From assembly GCA_963736005.1 (NCBI GenBank), contig CAVTNB010000001.1:768001-832000 (forward strand): a stretch of 64,000 nucleotides of DNA, given 5' to 3'. This DNA comes from an uncultured Pseudomonadota bacterium. Its GTDB lineage: Bacteria; Vulcanimicrobiota; Vulcanimicrobiia; Eremiobacterales; Eremiobacteraceae. The first letter of the stretch is position 1; each line of letters starts with the position of its first letter. Made by a program: the position numbers and the translations under genes. Shown here piece after piece: positions 59,246 through 64,000 of this stretch. Under the pieces are notes generated by a model. It was not told the origin of the DNA, searched no databases, and worked only from the letters and a program-made list of their open reading frames with translations.

Positions 59246-59971
59246 TTACCACCAACTTCGCAACGCGGCGATGGCAGCGATTGCCGCTGCAGCAGCCGTT
59301 TCAGTCCGAAGGGTTGTGGGACCGAGCGAGACGACGTCGCAATGCAAGCGTTTTGCGGCAGAAAGTTCTGCATCGGTGAAACTTCCTTCGGGCCCGATGA
59401 CAACGGCGAGCGAGCGGCGAGCGTCGACGCGAGCAAGGGATGACGCAAGACTCGCGTGCGACGCCTGCTCCCACGCAACCAAGACATGGACTGCACTGGC
59501 AAGACGCTCCAAGGTGCCCAGAAGATCCGCAACGGCTTCGACCTGCGGCACGCTGAGTCGCTGCGCTTGCGCAGCCGCAGAGCGAGCAATGCGTCTCCAG
59601 CGTTCGAGCTTGTGTGGCGCATCGCCACCGTACGAGCGCTCGCAGCGGACCGGCAGAATTTGCGAAGCACCAAGCTCGGTTACTTTCTCGATGACGTCAT
59701 CCATCTTGGTGCCTTTGGGAATCGCCTGCACGACAATCACCTCGACGGGCAATTCTCCCCCAAGTTTCGATTCCGCAAGAATCGTTGCGACCACGCGATC
59801 TCGCTGCACTTCTTCGAGTTGCGCGTTCCAGGCAACGCGATTGCTCACGACGGTGATCGAGTCGCCCCGCTGCATTCGTAGGACGAGCGCGATATGGCGC
59901 ACGTCCTCGGGGGCGAGCGACACCTGTCTACCCGGAGAACAGGGTTGGGTGGTGAAAACGCGCGTGCTCAC
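59246..59971 (-). CDS. rsmE: 16S rRNA m3U1498 methyltransferase
   Basis: HIALVLR, KVTELG, IGPEGSF, LRTETA; GTGA overlap with prmA. Confidence 0.93.
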   Translation of the reverse strand: MSTRVFTTQPCSPGRQVSLAPEDVRHIALVLRMQRGDSITVVSNRVAWNAQLEEVQRDRVVATILAESKLGGELPVEVIVVQAIPKGTKMDDVIEKVTELGASQILPVRCERSYGGDAPHKLERWRRIARSAAAQAQRLSVPQVEAVADLLGTLERLASAVHVLVAWEQASHASLASSLARVDARRSLAVVIGPEGSFTDAELSAAKRLHCDVVSLGPTTLRTETAAAAAIAAIAALRSWW

Positions 59972-60921
59972 CGTGACGCTCGCTTCGCGTGGACAAATGC
60001 AAACCATTCTGCCTCGCTCTGCCGCTCGATGCATTCCAGGCCGGCACGCGCGAATGCCTGACTGATCAGATCCTTACCGCTTGCGACCACACCGCTCGTG
60101 ACGAGCACACCGTTTCGCTTGAGCTTGCGCGCAAGCGCCGGAGCCAGTCGCGCTAGAACTCGAGCCGTGATGTTGGCCACGATGAGATCGGCGCTTGGAA
60201 ACGATGCAGGCACGTCGCGCGAGCGCACGATAGCTCTTGCGCAAAGCTTGTTGTGGGCGAAATTTGCCCGGGTCGCCCGCACGGCAAGGGAGTCCATGTC
60301 ACTTGCATAGACCCGCGCGCCGCGCTGCGCAGCCGCCGTGGCGATGATCCCCGAACCGCAACCGACGTCGAGCACGACGCAGCCCGGGCGCACGCGGCGC
60401 AGCACAAGCGCCAGCGCTAGGCGCGTTGTGGGATGCTGCCCGGTGCCAAAAGCCATCCCCGGATCCAGCCAAAGGACCGTGGCTTTCTTTGGAGTGCGAA
60501 ATGCCCGCTCCCAGGTGGGAGCAATAAAAAGATTCGTGGCAATGGCAAACGGCTTGTAAAATTTTTTCCATGACGATGCCCACGAATCGTCGTTGACGAG
60601 TGTGTCGCCAAGCCGGGTTGTGCTGATGAACCGGCCCTTGCGTGCCGCACGCAGCATCGCGCGAATCCGTGCCCGAGCAGCGTTGGCTTGTGTGCGCGGG
60701 ACCCAAACGGTGATGCGTGTGTTGGGGGGACGGGCGCGCATTGACTCGGTCGCGGAGAGAGCTTCGGTCGCGCTTTCCAGGAGCGCCGCCGCAGAGATAC
60801 TCTGCTCTCGGGGCACCACAAGTGAAAAGCGCCGATAGGTAGCTTTAGTCGCCGCCGAACGCTTTGCGGACTTTGCCGATGAAATCTTTGTCCTCGATTT
60901 CCTCGCCGCCGGCGCGCGCAA
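59968..60921 (-). CDS. prmA: Ribosomal protein L11 methyltransferase
   Basis: LDPGMAFGTGQHPTT, LDVGCGSG, VANI; true start uncertain, probably near 60820-60850. Confidence 0.92.
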   Translation of the reverse strand: MRAPAARKSRTKISSAKSAKRSAATKATYRRFSLVVPREQSISAAALLESATEALSATESMRARPPNTRITVWVPRTQANAARARIRAMLRAARKGRFISTTRLGDTLVNDDSWASSWKKFYKPFAIATNLFIAPTWERAFRTPKKATVLWLDPGMAFGTGQHPTTRLALALVLRRVRPGCVVLDVGCGSGIIATAAAQRGARVYASDMDSLAVRATRANFAHNKLCARAIVRSRDVPASFPSADLIVANITARVLARLAPALARKLKRNGVLVTSGVVASGKDLISQAFARAGLECIERQSEAEWFAFVHAKRASR

Positions 60922-61960
60922 ACTCCTCTAAGATCTCGCGCTGCTTCCGCGTCAGCTTAGCAGGCACCACGACGCGAACGTCAACAACGAGATCACCCCT
61001 CGCGTGACCGCGAATCTTCGGCAACCCTCGGCCGCCGATGCGAAACGTCGTCCCGGTTTGGGTGCCAGCGGGAATCTTTAACGTGACGTCCCCATCGAGT
61101 GCTTCGATTTGCAGCGTGGCCCCTAGGGCCGCTTGCGTGAACGAAATCGCAGTTTCGCAGTGGAGATCGGCTCCTTGTCGTTCGAACACGTCGTTCGGCG
61201 CGACAGAAATGTAGACGTACAGGTCGCCGCTTTCACCGCCGCGCTCGCCTGCTTCACCCATGCCCGTATAACGCAGACGCGTGCCGTCGTCTGCACCTGG
61301 TGGCACTTTGACGGTCATCTTCTTACGCTGTTCGCTGCGTCCACTCCCATGGCAGGTCTTGCATGGATTGCGCACGACCCGCCCCGTGCCCCGGCATCTC
61401 GCGCAGGGCACACTCGTGACGAACTGACCCAGCATCGTATTACGTGTCTGGCGCAGCTCTCCCGTGCCGTGGCAATCCTGGCATGCGACCGGCTCGTGGC
61501 CATCCGCCGAACCAGAACCTGCGCAGGTCTCACAGCGCGCGAGATGTGCAAACTCAATTTCGCGCTCGCAGCCTTCGAGCACATCGTGCAATTCAATTTC
61601 CAAATCGTAGCGCAGATCGGATCCGCGCACCGGCCCATGGGGCCGCCGCATCCCGCCACCGAAGAAGAAATCGAAAATATCGCCGACTCCCGCGCCGGGA
61701 AATCCGCCAAACCCAGCGCCGGCCTGTCCGTCAACCGAACCAAAGCGGTCGTAGTGTGCGCGCTTGTTTGGATCCGAGAGTACCTCGTACGCCTCGTTGA
61801 TCTGCTTGAAGCGCGTCTCGGCGCGCTTGCGCTCTTCGTCGCCCTGCACGGTGTCCGGATGCATCCGTCGTGCGAGACTCCGGTACGCATGTTTGATTTC
61901 GCTTTCCGAGGCCGTCTTGGAAACGCCGAGAACTTGGTAATAGTCTTGCTGTGTTGGCAC
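60845..61960 (-). CDS. dnaJ: Chaperone DnaJ
   Basis: J domain with HPD, four CxxCxGxG repeats. Confidence 0.97.
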   Translation of the reverse strand: MPTQQDYYQVLGVSKTASESEIKHAYRSLARRMHPDTVQGDEERKRAETRFKQINEAYEVLSDPNKRAHYDRFGSVDGQAGAGFGGFPGAGVGDIFDFFFGGGMRRPHGPVRGSDLRYDLEIELHDVLEGCEREIEFAHLARCETCAGSGSADGHEPVACQDCHGTGELRQTRNTMLGQFVTSVPCARCRGTGRVVRNPCKTCHGSGRSEQRKKMTVKVPPGADDGTRLRYTGMGEAGERGGESGDLYVYISVAPNDVFERQGADLHCETAISFTQAALGATLQIEALDGDVTLKIPAGTQTGTTFRIGGRGLPKIRGHARGDLVVDVRVVVPAKLTRKQREILEEFARAGGEEIEDKDFIGKVRKAFGGD

Positions 61961-61962
61961 GA

Positions 61963-63066
61963 CTAACGATCGAGTTCTTGTTCGCCCTGGAAGAGCGCGT
62001 TGAGGCTATCGGCCATGCCGTCGATGAGCGCAATGAGCCGCGCGTACTGCATGCGCCGCGGTCCAAGAATACCGACGGCGCCCGCGTTGCTGTTCCCCAC
62101 CTTGTACGGCACCGTCACGACGCTGCATTCGCTCATGTCCGCGTTCGGTAGTTCGTGGCCGATGGCAACGGTGGGACCTTCGGTTTGGAGCGAGCCGTGG
62201 AGCAATGTGTAGAGCGTCTGCTGTTCTTCAAGCAAGTCCAGAATAGCGCGGAGTTTGCGCAAGTCGCGAAATTCTTGTTGGTCCAACAAGTTGTGCGCGC
62301 CACCAGCGAACAGGCGATGCTCGGCGTCTGCGCCCGTGTGTTCTGCCAAGATGCCGGCGATGGCGCGAATCAGATCTTCGGGCAATGGAGCTTCACGCGC
62401 TAAGCTCTGCAAGTTGGCAACGGAAATCTCTACCAGCGGCATACCATGCAAGTGTTGGTTGAATGCGTTAGTTGCGCGAAGCAACTGGTCCGCGTCAGCT
62501 TCTTGCGCAGTCTCGATCGTTGCTTGCGCCGCCAGACCGAGATTGGTGACAAGCACCACGTGCGTCGCGCGCGCGCCAACGCGGATGAGTTCGATGTGTC
62601 GAAAAATCTGGCTGCTCAAGCGCGGCCTGATGGCGAAGGCGATGCTGCGCGTGAGGTTCGAGAGAACGTGCGACGCGTGATCCACAACGGAGTCGAGCTG
62701 GTGAGCGGCGCGCCTCACCTCGGCGCGGATACGGTCGCGCTCTTCTTGCGTGAGGGTCTCCGGCAGCATGAGGTGATCGACGTAATATCGGTAACCTCGA
62801 TCGGATGGCACTCGGCCGGCCGAGGTGTGCGGTTGGTCTAAATAGCCTTCTTCGTCCAAACTCGCGAGCTCGGCACGAACGGTGGCTGGGCTGATCCCAA
62901 GGTTGTACTTTTGGGTGAGGGTACTTGAACCGACCGGCTCGCCGGTCGCAATATACTCGTAGACGACCGTGCCAAGAATGGAGTTCTTGCGGTGATCGAG
63001 TTCGGGCTCGCTTGCGGGGGCCCGCCCGTCGGGCGTTTTTGAGCTTTTCTTCTTCTGCGTAACCAT
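61963..63066 (-). CDS. hrcA: Heat-inducible transcription repressor
   Basis: YIATGEPVGS, QPHTSAGRVPSDRGYRYYV, GILGPRRMQY. Confidence 0.97.
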   Translation of the reverse strand: MVTQKKKSSKTPDGRAPASEPELDHRKNSILGTVVYEYIATGEPVGSSTLTQKYNLGISPATVRAELASLDEEGYLDQPHTSAGRVPSDRGYRYYVDHLMLPETLTQEERDRIRAEVRRAAHQLDSVVDHASHVLSNLTRSIAFAIRPRLSSQIFRHIELIRVGARATHVVLVTNLGLAAQATIETAQEADADQLLRATNAFNQHLHGMPLVEISVANLQSLAREAPLPEDLIRAIAGILAEHTGADAEHRLFAGGAHNLLDQQEFRDLRKLRAILDLLEEQQTLYTLLHGSLQTEGPTVAIGHELPNADMSECSVVTVPYKVGNSNAGAVGILGPRRMQYARLIALIDGMADSLNALFQGEQELDR

Positions 63067-63067
63067 A

Positions 63068-63094
63068 TTAGCAATCGGGGCACGAGAGTGCTAA
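63068..63094. promoter_or_regulatory. CIRCE operator
   Basis: TTAGCAATC-N9-GAGTGCTAA, one mismatch to TTAGCACTC-N9-GAGTGCTAA, directly upstream of hrcA. Confidence 0.95.
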
Positions 63095-63170
63095 TCCGAC
63101 TTTACGCCGGACGGTCGGTAGGTACCTTGTCACGAAGTGTGGCCACAGCTACCTTCCATATGGAGTATCG

Positions 63171-63944
63171 GTGAACGGTTCCAATCAGCGAGTGGCACTT
63201 GTGACTGGCAGTGCTGCCGGCCTCATGCGCGGCGTCTGCGTTTCGCTCGCGCAACGCGGGTACACCATTGCGGGCAACTACCGGCCTCCTCACACTCAGG
63301 CCGATCAGACGGTGCATGCCGTCCAAAGCGTAGGCGGAACGATCGAAGCATTCCCCGCCGACGTCTCCGATCCAGATCAAGCTGCCCGCCTCGTTTCGGC
63401 TGCGCAAGCTCGGTTTGGTCATGTTGACGTGCTCGTTGCCGGTGCTGGCCCCATGATCGTCAAGGACACGTATAATATAACGCTGCCCGAGTATCGCGAA
63501 ATGATCGAGGGTAACTTGGGTTCGGTTTTCTATTGCGTGAAGGCTGCGCTCCCGCTCATGCGCGAGCGTCACTTCGGACGAATCGTTGCGTTTGGGATGA
63601 TCGGCAGTGACGCAACGATGGGTTCCCGACACCTTGCTGCGTACGCAGCGGCGAAGGCGGGGGTCGTCGCTTTCATCCGATCACTGGCGCTCGAAGAGGG
63701 CCCGCACGGGATTACCTGCAACGCGATCAACATTGGTGATATTCGTGATAAGGACGCCGATCGCGCTTCGGTCCTGCAACGCCGAGACTATCGCAACCCG
63801 ACCATGCGCCCGGGAAGTTGGGAAGACGTGGGTGATGCCGTCGCCTATCTGGTGAGCGATGAAGCTTCATTTATTACGGGAGCCGTCTTGAATGTCACCG
63901 GCGGTTGGCAAGGCTTCCTCGCCGAATACGCTCGCTGGCCCTAG
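63171..63944 (+). CDS. Short-chain dehydrogenase/reductase (FabG-like)
   Basis: VALVTGS..G, YAAAK, GITCNAI, FITGAVLNVTGG. Confidence 0.92.
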   Translation: MNGSNQRVALVTGSAAGLMRGVCVSLAQRGYTIAGNYRPPHTQADQTVHAVQSVGGTIEAFPADVSDPDQAARLVSAAQARFGHVDVLVAGAGPMIVKDTYNITLPEYREMIEGNLGSVFYCVKAALPLMRERHFGRIVAFGMIGSDATMGSRHLAAYAAAKAGVVAFIRSLALEEGPHGITCNAINIGDIRDKDADRASVLQRRDYRNPTMRPGSWEDVGDAVAYLVSDEASFITGAVLNVTGGWQGFLAEYARWP

Positions 63945-63971
63945 GCGGGGAACATCGGAAAGGATATTCAC

Positions 63972-64000
63972 ATGATACGCCACCTCGCCGCTGTTGTTGT
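63972..64000 (+). CDS. 5' fragment of a gene running off the window
   Basis: SD AAGGA then ATG, MIRHLAAVV (signal-peptide-like). Confidence 0.4.

Overview
GC-rich chromosomal window from a diderm bacterium. It has TonB-dependent receptors and porins together with Firmicutes-like gene orders (hemE-hemH-hemY, divIC-yabR, hrcA with CIRCE), which suggests a Terrabacteria lineage such as Eremiobacterota; this is inference. Most of it is housekeeping: a SufT-like gene and ABC exporter, heme synthesis, metK/ahcY, folD, an ECF sigma/anti-sigma/RseB module, etfAB, accAD and hrcA-dnaJ-prmA-rsmE. It also carries an Hpt/HD-GYP/hybrid-kinase phosphorelay and a Kdp potassium-uptake locus. Main observations: (1) a tRNA-Leu(UAA) split by a 249-nt group I intron that itself carries a REP hairpin; (2) about 30 GTAG-type REP hairpins in three families, which sit at or supply stop codons and have entered coding sequences in frame, including a tandem amplification in hemY; (3) a non-canonical Kdp regulator made of a soluble protein with two KdpD N-terminal domains, a divergent TM-GAF kinase and a NarL-type regulator, with a porin and two micro-ORFs heading the operon and a frameshift in kdpA; (4) a pair of paralogous unannotated micro-peptides; (5) a probable decayed islet next to tRNA-Asn; (6) a candidate structured RNA between ahcY and the folD operon. 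All calls come from reading the sequence and ORF track; no searches were run.
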